Assembly (NCBI GenBank): GCA_963675725.2
Contig: CAXXXZ010000002.1
Coordinates: forward strand, 1,839,459 to 1,871,458
Reading direction: 5' to 3'
DNA from: Desulfobacterales bacterium
GTDB taxonomy: Bacteria; Desulfobacterota; Desulfobacteria; Desulfobacterales; JAFDDL01
DNA: 32,000 nt
The position numbers were made by a program, and so were the translations under genes. How positions within the stretch are numbered: the first letter of the stretch is position 1; each line of letters opens with the position of its first letter. This document shows, piece by piece, positions 16,441 through 24,563 of this stretch. The notes beneath the pieces were generated by a model. The model did not search any database and was not told the origin of the DNA. It saw only the letters and a program-made list of their open reading frames with translations.

Positions 16441-16513
16441 GTCATTCGCCCCTCTGTCTTTCAGTTTAGCCGTAAATTCAAAATTGAACCACTTTCGTCC
16501 ATGGCTAATTTTA

Positions 16514-16542
16514 TTGACATAACTATCAAGTATTGTTATCAT
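16514..16542 (+). promoter_or_regulatory. Sigma70-like promoter of Phd-PIN unit
   Basis: TTGACA, 17 nt, TATCAT. Confidence 0.5.
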
Positions 16543-16584
16543 TTTAATAAATATGAATGCATTAAACAATTAGAGAGGTAAGGA

Positions 16585-16818
16585 ATGCCGCATCAAATAT
16601 CTGAAACAAACCTAAAAGAGGATATATATAAATTGCTGCATGATGTTGCTCAGACGGGTAGGCCTGTTCAAATAGAGTTTGGGGGCAAACACCTTGTCAT
16701 CAAGCCTTCCGGGAAAAAAAGCCTTGATTGCTTGGAAAATCATTCGGATTATATTGTTGGAAATCCAGATGACCTTGTTCATGTTGATTGGTCTACAGAA
16801 TGGAAAACTGAACTGTGA
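16585..16818 (+). CDS. Phd/YefM-like antitoxin
   Basis: 77 aa with RBS gagaggtaagg. ..LLHDVAQTGRPVQIEFGGKHLVIKP resembles a Phd/YefM core. Overlaps the downstream PIN gene by 4 nt. Confidence 0.55.
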   Translation: MPHQISETNLKEDIYKLLHDVAQTGRPVQIEFGGKHLVIKPSGKKSLDCLENHSDYIVGNPDDLVHVDWSTEWKTEL

Positions 16819-17193
16819 TATATTTAGACACTCACGTTGTATTATGGCTTTATGGCCGAAAAGGGTTAGGGTTAAGCGTTCGAGCACGTGAGATGATTGA
16901 AAACTCCAATACCCTGCTTATCTCCCCAATGGTGATGCTTGAACTTGATTACCTTCATGAGATAGGGCGAACGACTATTCCAGCGGCACCAGTATGTGAG
17001 TATCTTTATAGAAAAATTGACCTTCAAATCTGCAATAAATCGTTTGTTGACATCATTCGATCGGCTTCGAAAATGAATTGGACAAGAGATCCGTTTGATC
17101 GTATTATTGTTTCAAATGCGGCGATAGAAAATGATGTGCTCATTACAAAATGATGATTCGATCCTTGCAAATTATGAATATGCCGTTTGGTAG
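16815..17193 (+). pseudogene. PIN-domain (VapC-like) toxin with +1 frameshift near 3' end
   Basis: MIYLDTHVVLW..ISPMVMLELDYL..DPFDRIIV.. stops at 17151 (LITK*). Removing t17151 restores ..TKDDSILANYEYAVW* ending at 17193. This puts back the conserved TKD acidic residue. Confidence 0.6.
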
Positions 17194-17494
17194 GCGTTCT
17201 TTTCACTTCCATATACCCTCAACACTCAACCCTTTGATTTCCGACCTCTGGTCACACCGTCCATCGTCCAAGCGGCTTGTCGGGCTGTAGCTTGAAAAGC
17301 GGAGCCTGACCTGTCGGGCGTAGCTTCACGCGAAGCCTGAAGCGGTCATCCCTCGTCCTTCGATCTTTCTTCGTCTATCGTCCGAGCAAAGCGATCGTCC
17401 AACGTCCGTCGGTCTTTACTGTTCACCCATCACTGATCTCTGCCCACCGAACCTATTACCACGAAGTTTACGAAGAGCTCGAAGAAACAACGGA

Positions 17495-17589
17495 TATTAA
17501 TTTTGAATGTTGAATTAAGGAAGTTTACCTGATTTTATAACGACAGGTTCATTTTGTTTTACTAATTCAGAATTCAAAACTCAAAATTG
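17495..17589 (+). repeat. AT-rich hairpin element X (diverged copy)
   Basis: attaattttgaatgttgaattaagg...gattttataacgac...ctaattcagaattcaaaactcaaaattg. Confidence 0.5.
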
Positions 17590-17748
17590 TCGTTTCCCCC
17601 TCTCCCGCCTTACGGTTGTTAAGCTCTCCGTTCTCTGCTTTGTTGTCAATTCAGAATTCAACATTCATAATTCAAAATTAAAAAGGCGCCCTCACGACTC
17701 ACACCTGACGGTCGTTGAGTTCTCTGATCTTCGACCTCAGATTTCGGT

Positions 17749-17768
17749 TTCTGTCAAGATTCACGATC
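17749..17768 (+). repeat. 20-bp terminal box (copy 6, diverged 3' end)
   Basis: Sequence ttctgtcaagattcacgatc. Confidence 0.65.
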
Positions 17769-17783
17769 TGCCCCTGCACCCTA

Positions 17784-17812
17784 TTGACAACAACCTATCT
17801 TTCTGTTATTAA
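17784..17812 (+). promoter_or_regulatory. Sigma70-like promoter of second MNT-HepT unit
   Basis: TTGACA, 17 nt, TATTAA. Confidence 0.5.
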
Positions 17813-17846
17813 AAAGAAAATAATACATCAACCAGAGGTATTAGAC

Positions 17847-18137
17847 ATGAATAGAGACGAAATCCTCAACATATTACGTGAATATAAAAAAGATCATGCA
17901 GGAAAATATGGCATCCGGGAAATTGGCATATTCGGTTCAACTGCCAGGGATGAGTCTACACTCAATAGCGATGTGGATATTTGCATAAAAACCGACAGTC
18001 CCAACCCGTTCTTTCTGGTCCACATCAAGGAAGATATCGAGGTGTTGGTTCAAAGGCATGTCGATATTATTAGGGTTCGTGAACAAATGAATCCTTTTCT
18101 TCGGGAGCGGATTGAGAAGGAAGGTTTATATGTTTGA
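17847..18137 (+). CDS. MNT-type nucleotidyltransferase (antitoxin-like)
   Basis: IFGSTARDESTLNSDVDICI motif. Start at the internal ATG 17847, preceded by accagaggt. The upstream part of the track ORF is repeat-derived. Confidence 0.8.
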   Translation: MNRDEILNILREYKKDHAGKYGIREIGIFGSTARDESTLNSDVDICIKTDSPNPFFLVHIKEDIEVLVQRHVDIIRVREQMNPFLRERIEKEGLYV

Positions 18138-18500
18138 CAAAAACCTTGTGTTATCAATCCTAAAACAGGTCGACAATGCCGTTGAGACGATCAAAAGTCG
18201 GGCAGCTATGATACGAAGTGTGAAAGACTTCACCGATTCACGGCTGGAATGGAAACGCTGGATAGTGTTTGTATGCTCTTTATGGCCGTCGGCGATGCTC
18301 TAAAAAATATTGATAAAATTACAAGTGGTGATCTGCTTTCCCAATATCCAGAAATTGACTGGAAAGGAGTTATCGGTTTTAGGGACATTATAGCCTATCA
18401 TTATTTTGATATAGACGCCGAACAGGTGTTCTATATATGTGAACATGAACTCTCGCCTTTATCTATCACTCTCAAAAAGGTGGTCAGAACGTTAGGTTAA
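18130..18500 (+). pseudogene. HepT/DUF86 HEPN toxin with -1 frameshift
   Basis: MFDKNLVLSILKQVDNAVETIKSRAAMIRSVKDFTDS (frame 1) continues as AGMETLDSVCMLFMAVGDALKNID..FRDIIAYHYFDID in another frame. One nucleotide is missing at ~18240-18243. Confidence 0.7.
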
Positions 18501-18758
18501 GTTTTACCCATTTTTACTGTTTGTGGCTGTGTATTGCCGTTATCTGAATTCTGATATCAAATTTCCGACCTCTGTCTTTTGTTCTCTGTCCTCTGACTTC
18601 CGTTCTCCGTTCTCTGCCTTGTTGTCAATTCAAAATCCAAAATTCAAAATTGTACTCAATCCCTCTCCCGCCCTCTGACCGCTGTCTTTTGCCCTCTGGC
18701 CTCAGACCCCTGGTTTTTCCCTTTCCTGTTCACTGATCACGCTTCACCGTTCACTGGC

Positions 18759-18778
18759 TTCTGTCAATATTCAAGACC
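18759..18778 (+). repeat. 20-bp terminal box (copy 7)
   Basis: Sequence ttctgtcaatattcaagacc, followed by tga. Confidence 0.75.
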
Positions 18779-18916
18779 TGACACTCTTGCCTTTATTCGT
18801 GATCTTCGTGATCTCTGTGGTGAATTGTTTTTCAGCCATGAAACTATTTCGAAAGGACCAGCTCATGAGCCTTCCTGGTTCTTTTCAATGAAGTGCAATT
18901 TTAAACCCACCAACTG

Positions 18917-19045
18917 CATTCACCACGAAGTTAATGAAGAGCTTGAAGAAACAACGATTCATAATTCAAAACTCAAAATTGTCGCTTACCGCTCTCTGAC
19001 TTCCGACCTCTTGCCCTTCGCAGTTCACACAGATCACTGATCACT
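18917..19045 (+). repeat. 129-bp mosaic segment, near-identical copy of 1886-2014
   Basis: See 1886-2014. Here it lies 3' of glycosyltransferase copy 2. Confidence 0.85.
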
Positions 19046-19121
19046 CATTACTCATCACTTTTTCCCTGATCTCTTGCCCTTTTCAGTTCACTGCTCACTG
19101 TTCACGGTAGTTATTCACAGT

Positions 19122-20231
19122 TCACCGTTTTTTAAGCGCCTGCTCATAAACCTCAATTGTCTGCTCCGCAATTTTTTCCCAATTGTATTTTTCTTTTATC
19201 TGGGTGATAAAATCGGTTTTCTCCCCATCTGAAATCCCAACCTCAAGAAGCTGCGCCATCTCCTCCTTTAAATCTTCGACATCCCCGCATTTAAAATACC
19301 GCTCTTTCCTGAGCCCCACCTCAAGGTTTGCGGGAATATCTGAAACAAGCACCGATAGCCCATAGCTCATGGCTTCTAACAGCGCGATCGGAAGCCCTTC
19401 GTGAAACGACGGCATGACGAACAGCCTGGCATGGGAAAAAAGCTGATTCAGAGGTTCGCCGGTGATATAGCCTGTTCGAATAATATTATCATTGGAATCA
19501 ATCATCGCCTTTAGCTGTTTGCTGTAACCTGTTTCATACTCAGAATCACCCACAACGACTAATTTGAATTTTGAATTACATCGCTGAAAAACCCGAACAA
19601 GAAGCTCAAGGCCTTTTTCCGGGACAAACCGCGCAACCGTTAGTACATATGAATCGGGTTCGATAGCAACTGAGTCCAAAAACGACCGCCCCTTATGCTG
19701 ATTGGGGATGGCAGCCCCGTTATAGATGACCGTTGCAGGCTTTTTATACTTTGCAAGGACAAGGTTCTCGATTGTTTTTGAAATCACAATAATTTCATTT
19801 GCAAAGAGGCAACCCAGGTATTCGCCGATTTGGAGAAATAATTTTGAAAGTTTTCCCCACTTCTTTTTTTCATAATCCGGGCCATGATGGGTGAAGATGA
19901 CCGTTAAGCCCATTATCCTTGCTAAGGGAACCAATAGGGCAGGCCCGACAGCATGGATGTGAACCATATCCGCGTTTAATAGTTTCGCCTTTATGATGGA
20001 TAGGAAGGTATGGAATATCGTTTCAAGGTGTAAATTCGAAGGGGCGAAAGTGTTGATGATATTAACCCCCTTCCAGCTGTTTTGCTTCACCTTACAATAT
20101 TTTTTTCTGACTGAAATAACGATATCAAAATCTGAATTTTTCGCTATGTATGGATAAAGATGTTGGCAATGGGTCTCAATCCCACCAGGTACATACGGAA
20201 TTCCCCTCGTTCCGGTAACGAAAATTTTCAT
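19122..20231 (-). CDS. Glycosyltransferase (GT4-type with DUF1972-like N-terminus), copy 2
   Basis: 369 aa and collinear with 7007-8116. The flanks are also duplicated (about 19032-20300 vs 6872-8190). Confidence 0.85.
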   Translation of the reverse strand: MKIFVTGTRGIPYVPGGIETHCQHLYPYIAKNSDFDIVISVRKKYCKVKQNSWKGVNIINTFAPSNLHLETIFHTFLSIIKAKLLNADMVHIHAVGPALLVPLARIMGLTVIFTHHGPDYEKKKWGKLSKLFLQIGEYLGCLFANEIIVISKTIENLVLAKYKKPATVIYNGAAIPNQHKGRSFLDSVAIEPDSYVLTVARFVPEKGLELLVRVFQRCNSKFKLVVVGDSEYETGYSKQLKAMIDSNDNIIRTGYITGEPLNQLFSHARLFVMPSFHEGLPIALLEAMSYGLSVLVSDIPANLEVGLRKERYFKCGDVEDLKEEMAQLLEVGISDGEKTDFITQIKEKYNWEKIAEQTIEVYEQALKKR

Positions 20232-20416
20232 TCAAACTTTCTAATCTGCACCGTGACCAGTGAAATCTTATTTTCACATTTCACACGGGTAATCTGCGGA
20301 TTTTCTTTTCTGTTTCGAAGTCGGTGGTGATACACCTTAAGGGTGGTATCTGCGTGAGATTTACAGACTGAGACTATGAATCGTCTTTTGATGGTTTGGC
20401 AGGTGTTGTTGGACTA

Positions 20417-20653
20417 TCAAGCAGCGCAAGTTCGTAACAATTTGCCCACTTCATCAGCATGTAGTTCTCCATCGGCAATTTTGGTACGGACCTCTTCGAT
20501 CCTTTTCATGGTTCCCCTGTCATAATAGCGTTCTCCGCAGGTCGAACATACCATGACTCTGATGGGTAAGAGCACAATATCATTACCAGCTTTAATTTGT
20601 TCGTCAACATCTTTGGGTTCGATATTTAAGCCATTGCAAACCACACATTTCAT
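20417..20653 (-). CDS. YgiT/MqsA-type zinc-ribbon antitoxin-like protein
   Basis: MKCVVCNG..VCSTCGERYY (CxxC..CxxC). RBS aaggag. Its ATG overlaps the stop of the DUF4258 gene (ATGA). Confidence 0.7.
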   Translation of the reverse strand: MKCVVCNGLNIEPKDVDEQIKAGNDIVLLPIRVMVCSTCGERYYDRGTMKRIEEVRTKIADGELHADEVGKLLRTCAA

Positions 20654-20967
20654 AGCCTTCTCCTTAAAAAGTCGACCCATAAGTCGGGGTTGGGTTCATA
20701 AACTGTAACGATAATGGCCAAATTTTCATCCACAGACCATGCGCAAACAACATGAAGTGGCCTGTCACTTGAAGTCCGTCCATAAACGAGGCAACTCGGG
20801 TAAGGAGTATCCTCTGGATAAGTTTCTATGATTTTTCCCGATAATACAGCTTCATGAACCTCAATTTCGCGAATTTCCCCGCGCTCCTCCAATTCCATTT
20901 CATTCCTGGCATGGGCGCTATAAAAAATCCTATCGTTTTCAAAACATGCTCTTATATTATTTATCAT
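20650..20967 (-). CDS. DUF4258-family toxin-like protein
   Basis: ..FYSAHARNEMELEERGEI..IIETYPEDTPYPSCLVYGRTSSDRPLHVVCA.. shows the typical DUF4258 pattern. Start taken at internal Met 20967. Confidence 0.7.
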   Translation of the reverse strand: MINNIRACFENDRIFYSAHARNEMELEERGEIREIEVHEAVLSGKIIETYPEDTPYPSCLVYGRTSSDRPLHVVCAWSVDENLAIIVTVYEPNPDLWVDFLRRRL

Positions 20968-21103
20968 ACCTGTCCAAATAAATCCATGGTGCGTGACCAG
21001 AAGACTCACCGCCTCTCTACAGTTCGAGATTCATTAATCACAGTTTTTAAATCTGCGCTAATATGCGTACCCCTCAGTGGGGCATTAACCAGGGTAATCT
21101 GCG

Positions 21104-21123
21104 AACTGTCAAGAATGAAGCCC
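21104..21123 (+). repeat. 20-bp terminal box (copy 8, diverged)
   Basis: Sequence aactgtcaagaatgaagccc. Confidence 0.55.
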
Positions 21124-21126
21124 CCC

Positions 21127-21235
21127 TGTCTTTCCGTTAATTTTGAATGTTGAATGATGAATTTTGAATTAAGGTAGTTGTCCGATTTTATATCGACGTT
21201 CTTCTTCTGTTTCAACAATTCAAAATCCAAAATTG
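21127..21235 (+). repeat. AT-rich hairpin element X
   Basis: tgtctttccgttaattttgaatgttgaatgatgaattttgaattaaggtagttgtccgattttatatcgac...caacaattcaaaatccaaaattg. Confidence 0.75.
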
Positions 21236-21287
21236 CCTTTCTTAGCGCCTTGGCGTCTTCGCGTGACATTTAGGGTTTTATGTTCTC
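21236..21287 (+). repeat. Element A (left half)
   Basis: cctttcttagcgccttggcgtcttcgcgtgacatttagggttttatgttctc. Confidence 0.65.
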
Positions 21288-21380
21288 CCGCCTTACGGTC
21301 GTTAACTCATCCTGGCTAACACCCGATGAACTCCGCTTTTATATTGAATTTACCGAAGGTTGTATGTTATGCATAGGTAT

Positions 21381-21502
21381 ATGAAAAAACGAACTGAAGA
21401 GTGGTTTAAACAGTCAGATCACGATTTTATAATAAAGCCGCTGTTAAAAATATCCTCACGCAGGGTAAAGAGGTCATTAAATGGATAAAACAGCAATTAT
21501 AG
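21381..21502 (+). pseudogene. HEPN-domain protein remnant (large internal deletion)
   Basis: N-terminal MKKRTEEWFKQSDHDF is joined out of frame to a C-terminal KAAVKNILTQGKEVIKWIKQQL* that overlaps the MNT start. The middle ~90 codons are absent. HEPN assignment is from memory of family termini. Confidence 0.45.
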
Positions 21503-21801
21503 AAATCACCAATCAATTTATGCAGGGAATGGAGGCACGTGGCATCAAACCACAAAAATTGGTTTTATTTGGCTCCCATGCAGACGGTACCAGCAGAGAA
21601 GGCAGTGATATTGATATTGCGATTATTTCTGATGACTTCATCGGGTTAGACTATTGGGAACGTATTGATATCTTATCTGAAATCATTTATGAGATATTCG
21701 CTCCAATTGAAGCCATTGCTCTAACTCAGAAAGAATGGGAGCAAGGCGATTCGATTGTGGCCGATTTTGCCCGCGCCGGTGAAGTTCTCTTTGCAGCATA
21801 A
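21481..21801 (+). CDS. Nucleotidyltransferase-domain protein (MNT-like, orphan)
   Basis: LFGSHADGTSREGSDIDIAI motif, 106 aa. Confidence 0.8.
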   Translation: MDKTAIIEITNQFMQGMEARGIKPQKLVLFGSHADGTSREGSDIDIAIISDDFIGLDYWERIDILSEIIYEIFAPIEAIALTQKEWEQGDSIVADFARAGEVLFAA

Positions 21802-21821
21802 TACCCACAGCTAATGAATAT

Positions 21822-21920
21822 TAGTTCTGAATGTTGAATGATGAATTTTGAATTAAGGTAGTTGTCCGATTTTATAACGACGGGCTTCTTCTGTTTCAGC
21901 AATTCAGAATCCAAAATTGC
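21822..21920 (+). repeat. AT-rich hairpin element X
   Basis: ttctgaatgttgaatgatgaattttgaattaaggtagttgtccgattttataacgacgggcttcttctgtttcagcaattcagaatccaaaattg. Confidence 0.75.
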
Positions 21921-22005
21921 CTTTCTTAGCGCCTTGGCGTCTTCGCGTGACATTTGGGGTTTTATATTCTCACGCCCGCTCCGCTCAAGTCGCAAAGTCG
22001 CAAAG
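21920..22005 (+). repeat. Element A (short variant), abuts GxxExxY stop codon
   Basis: cctttcttagcgccttggcgtcttcgcgtgacatttggggttttatattctcacgcccgctccgctcaagtcgcaaagtcgcaaag. The arms ctttgcgt/acgcaaag-type are inverted. Confidence 0.75.
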
Positions 22006-22383
22006 TTAAAGTCCATTCACCACCCTTTTAATGCCATCTTTAATAACCGGCGCACCAAAATTAATCAGAAGTCCAAGTTTTTTCCCCGAAAGACGCAAAT
22101 ACGTTAGCAATTGCTTGCCATAAACCGGCAGCATTTTTTCAACCGATTTCAATTCAAGAATCACCTTGTTTTCCACAACGATATCCGCCCGAAAAGCATC
22201 CTGTATGTTCAAATCATCATAAACAATCGGGATTGAAACCTGCCTGAGCACCTGGAGGTTGCGTTTCCCTATTTCATAATGGAGAACTGTTTCATATACA
22301 GATTCTAGTAGCCCTGGCCCTAATTTTTTATGCACATGAAAAGCAGCATCCACGACTTCTTTGGCTATTTCATTCTCGATCAT
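22006..22383 (-). CDS. GxxExxY protein (PD-(D/E)XK-like)
   Basis: ..HKKLGPGLLESVYETVLHYEI.. carries the GxxExxY signature, and ..DIVVENKVILELKSV.. is nuclease-like. 125 aa. Confidence 0.85.
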   Translation of the reverse strand: MIENEIAKEVVDAAFHVHKKLGPGLLESVYETVLHYEIGKRNLQVLRQVSIPIVYDDLNIQDAFRADIVVENKVILELKSVEKMLPVYGKQLLTYLRLSGKKLGLLINFGAPVIKDGIKRVVNGL

Positions 22384-22415
22384 TTTTAAAATATATCACG
22401 AAAGTTTTTTACGCT

Positions 22416-22497
22416 GTTCTTCGCGCCTTGGCGTCTTTGCGTGACATTTGGGTTTTATGCCTCACGCCCGCTCCGCTCAAGACGCAAAGCCGCAAAG
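22416..22497 (+). repeat. Element A (short variant), upstream of GxxExxY gene
   Basis: gttcttcgcgccttggcgtctttgcgtgacatttgggttttatgcctcacgcccgctccgctcaagacgcaaagccgcaaag. A direct repeat of 21920-22005. Confidence 0.75.
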
Positions 22498-22727
22498 TTG
22501 TTGAATTTATCTGCGCCAGCTGACCTCTGACCTCCAAACTCTGATCGCAGCCACTTCGTCAATTCAAAATTCACAATTCAAAACTCAAAATTGTCGTTTC
22601 CCGCTCTCACGCCTTACGGTCGTTAGCTCTCCTCATTGATTCCAGATCTCAGTTCATCGTCCATCGTCCGAGCAAAGCGTTCGTCCATCGTCCCTCGGTC
22701 TTTACCGTCACTGATCACTGTTCACTA

Positions 22728-22791
22728 CATTTTAAATTCTGCGTCAATCGGCGCACTCCTCAAGGGGGTATTAAACTGAAAAATCTGTGGA
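22728..22791 (+). repeat. Element Y, 5' part
   Basis: cattttaaattctgcgtcaatcggcgcactcctcaagggggtattaaactgaaaaatctgtgga. Confidence 0.75.
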
Positions 22792-22839
22792 CTGGAAATA
22801 TAAATCAGCAGACCAGGAGAAAGTCCCCCAAAGCTACCC

Positions 22840-22868
22840 TTGACACTATGGAACACGTGTTATAAATT
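22840..22868 (+). promoter_or_regulatory. Sigma70-like promoter of AbrB-RelE unit
   Basis: TTGACA followed 15-17 nt later by TATAAATT. Confidence 0.5.
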
Positions 22869-22902
22869 TTGTTTAATAGTTTAATTGTAACAGGAGCTAA
22901 AT

Positions 22903-23181
22903 ATGTCAACAGTTATGAAAATTAGCCCCCAGGGGCAGATTCGAATTCCCAAGAACATCATGAACATTCTCAAAATAATGCCTGGCGATTATGTTGAGGT
23001 GGATGTTGAAAACGGTCAAGCGGTGTTGAAGCCACGAAAACTCATCGATCCCACTCAAGGATGGTATTGGACCAAAGAATGGCAAAAAAACGAGACCGAG
23101 GTTGATAAGGAACTTGAAAACGAGCAGTGTTCAACGGTATTTCAGACAGCGGAAGAAGGGTTGGAATGGTTGAACGAATAA
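22903..23181 (+). CDS. AbrB/MazE/SpoVT-family antitoxin
   Basis: ISPQGQIRIPKNIMNILKIMPGDYVEVDVENGQAVLKP looks like a swapped-hairpin barrel. Overlaps the downstream toxin gene. Confidence 0.75.
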   Translation: MSTVMKISPQGQIRIPKNIMNILKIMPGDYVEVDVENGQAVLKPRKLIDPTQGWYWTKEWQKNETEVDKELENEQCSTVFQTAEEGLEWLNE

Positions 23182-23444
23182 AGGGATACCGTTTCAGCAA
23201 CCGCTTTAAAAAACAGTATAAAGCGTTGCCCGCTGAGATTCGGCAGGCATTCAACGAAAAGCTTGAAATGTTTCTTCTAAATCCGTCTCATCCATCATTA
23301 AGGGTTAAAAAGATACAGGGTGTTCAAAATCGATGGGAAGGCTCTATCACGATGAAGTATCGCTTTACCTTTCATTTCGAAGAGGGCATTGTCATTTTCA
23401 GAGTCATTGGGACGCATGATATCCTTTTACGCGATGCTTCTTGA
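23166..23444 (+). CDS. RelE/ParE-family toxin
   Basis: FKKQYKALPAEIRQAFNEKLEMFLLNPSHPSLRVKKIQG..WEGSITMKYRFTFHFEE..IGTHDIL. ATG at 23166 lies within the antitoxin 3' end. Confidence 0.8.
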   Translation: MVERIKGYRFSNRFKKQYKALPAEIRQAFNEKLEMFLLNPSHPSLRVKKIQGVQNRWEGSITMKYRFTFHFEEGIVIFRVIGTHDILLRDAS

Positions 23445-23560
23445 TGCTTATTTCGCTTTTCTGCTGTAGTTAAACTCCGACCTCTGGTCTCCGATCTCTG
23501 TCGTCTGTTCTCTGATTTCTTGTTTTTTACTGTTCACCCATCACTGATCACTGTTCACTG

Positions 23561-23671
23561 CATTTTACATTCTGCGTTAATCGGCGCACCCCTCAAGGGG
23601 GTATTAAACTGAAAAATCTGTGGATAGAAACTTATAAATTTATGTACGTCCCAGAATTCCCTGAATTCCAC
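23561..23671 (+). repeat. Element Y (full length)
   Basis: cattttacattctgcgttaatcggcgcacccctcaagggggtattaaactgaaaaatctgtggatagaaacttataaatttatgtacgtcccagaattccctgaattccac. Confidence 0.8.
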
Positions 23672-23728
23672 CCCTCATCATTTTTCCCCCGGCCTCAGGC
23701 CGCCGACCTCCGCCCCCTGAGCTTCCAC

Positions 23729-23757
23729 CTATCATTGCTTGACAATATACTGATATT
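23729..23757 (+). promoter_or_regulatory. Sigma70-like promoter of DUF4258 unit
   Basis: cattgcTTGACAatatactgatattgtaATATAT. Shares the module with 13391-13425. Confidence 0.55.
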
Positions 23758-23825
23758 GTAATATATTATTAGGATAATGAGCGTTTAAAGAACATAATTT
23801 TTGATACATAATAATTCAGAATTTA

Positions 23826-24148
23826 ATGTATAGCCAAATATCAGAATATCTAAGATCAACACTCGATGAATGGGCTATCGAATATCGCGTTCATGCCACT
23901 AAACGAATGTTTAGCCGTTCAATTGAAGAAAAAGATGTGCGACATTTGCTGGCAAATGGTTCAATTATCGAGGAATATCAAGACGATTTTCCTTTTCCGA
24001 GTCTTTTGATCAAAGGTTTCTCATGCAACAACAGGCCATTACATGCTGTTGTTGGAATTGATGCTTACACCGGCTTTACTTGATTACCATCTATGAACCC
24101 GATCCTAAAGAATGGACGGAAAATTATACCAAGAGGTTAACGCCATGA
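23826..24148 (+). pseudogene. DUF4258-family toxin-like gene with -1 frameshift
   Basis: ..RPLHAVVGIDAYTG then a stop at 24081. The next frame continues LYLITIYEPDPKEWTENYTKRLTP* and ends in an ATGA overlap with the zinc-ribbon gene, exactly as in the intact paralogue 20650-20967. One nt is missing at ~24073. Confidence 0.7.
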
Positions 24149-24369
24149 AGTGTGCAATCTGTCGAAACGGACAAACAATTGACGGCCATATTACAGTTGT
24201 TCTTGAAAGAGAACAATCAACGCTCGTGTTTAAAAAGGTTCCTGCAAAAATTTGTGAGAACTGTGGTGAAGAATATTTGTCCGAAGAAACGAATAAATTA
24301 CTTTTACAAAAAGCCAAAGAGGCCGTTGACAGGGGAGTTGATCTGGAGCTGTTAAGATTTGCAGCATGA
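24145..24369 (+). CDS. YgiT/MqsA-type zinc-ribbon antitoxin-like protein
   Basis: MKCAICRNG..ICENCGEEYL. Paralogue of 20417-20653. Confidence 0.7.
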   Translation: MKCAICRNGQTIDGHITVVLEREQSTLVFKKVPAKICENCGEEYLSEETNKLLLQKAKEAVDRGVDLELLRFAA

Positions 24370-24538
24370 ACAGGGCTCAGTTAACAAATGTCTTTTTCAG
24401 TTCACGGATCACTGATCACTGCTAACTGTTCACTGCCCAATCATTACTCATCACTCATCATTTTTCCCCCGACCTCAGGCCGCCGACCTCTGACTTCAGT
24501 TCTCTGATCTCTGTTACAATCCGTTCACTGATCACCTA

Positions 24539-24558
24539 TTCTGTTAAGATTCAAGAGC
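24539..24558 (+). repeat. 20-bp terminal box (copy 9, diverged)
   Basis: Sequence ttctgttaagattcaagagc. Confidence 0.65.
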
Positions 24559-24563
24559 TGAAA

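Noticed and set aside
21006-21269. Minus-strand ORFs beginning MSREDAKALRKAILD.. (also 21726-22016, with a short version at 560-615).
   Set aside because: They are read-throughs of repeat elements X and A. Their lengths and C-termini differ with the neighbouring sequence, and the copy at ~615 stops after 18 codons. There is no convincing RBS. They are most likely not genes.
23576-23609. CRISPR-like sequence gttaatcggcgcacccctcaagggggtattaaac, recurring at 22742, 23576 and 29007.
   Set aside because: The whole ~100-bp surrounding element is repeated, not a 30-nt repeat alternating with unique spacers. The copies are kilobases apart and no cas genes are present. It is not a CRISPR array and is kept only as a property of element Y.
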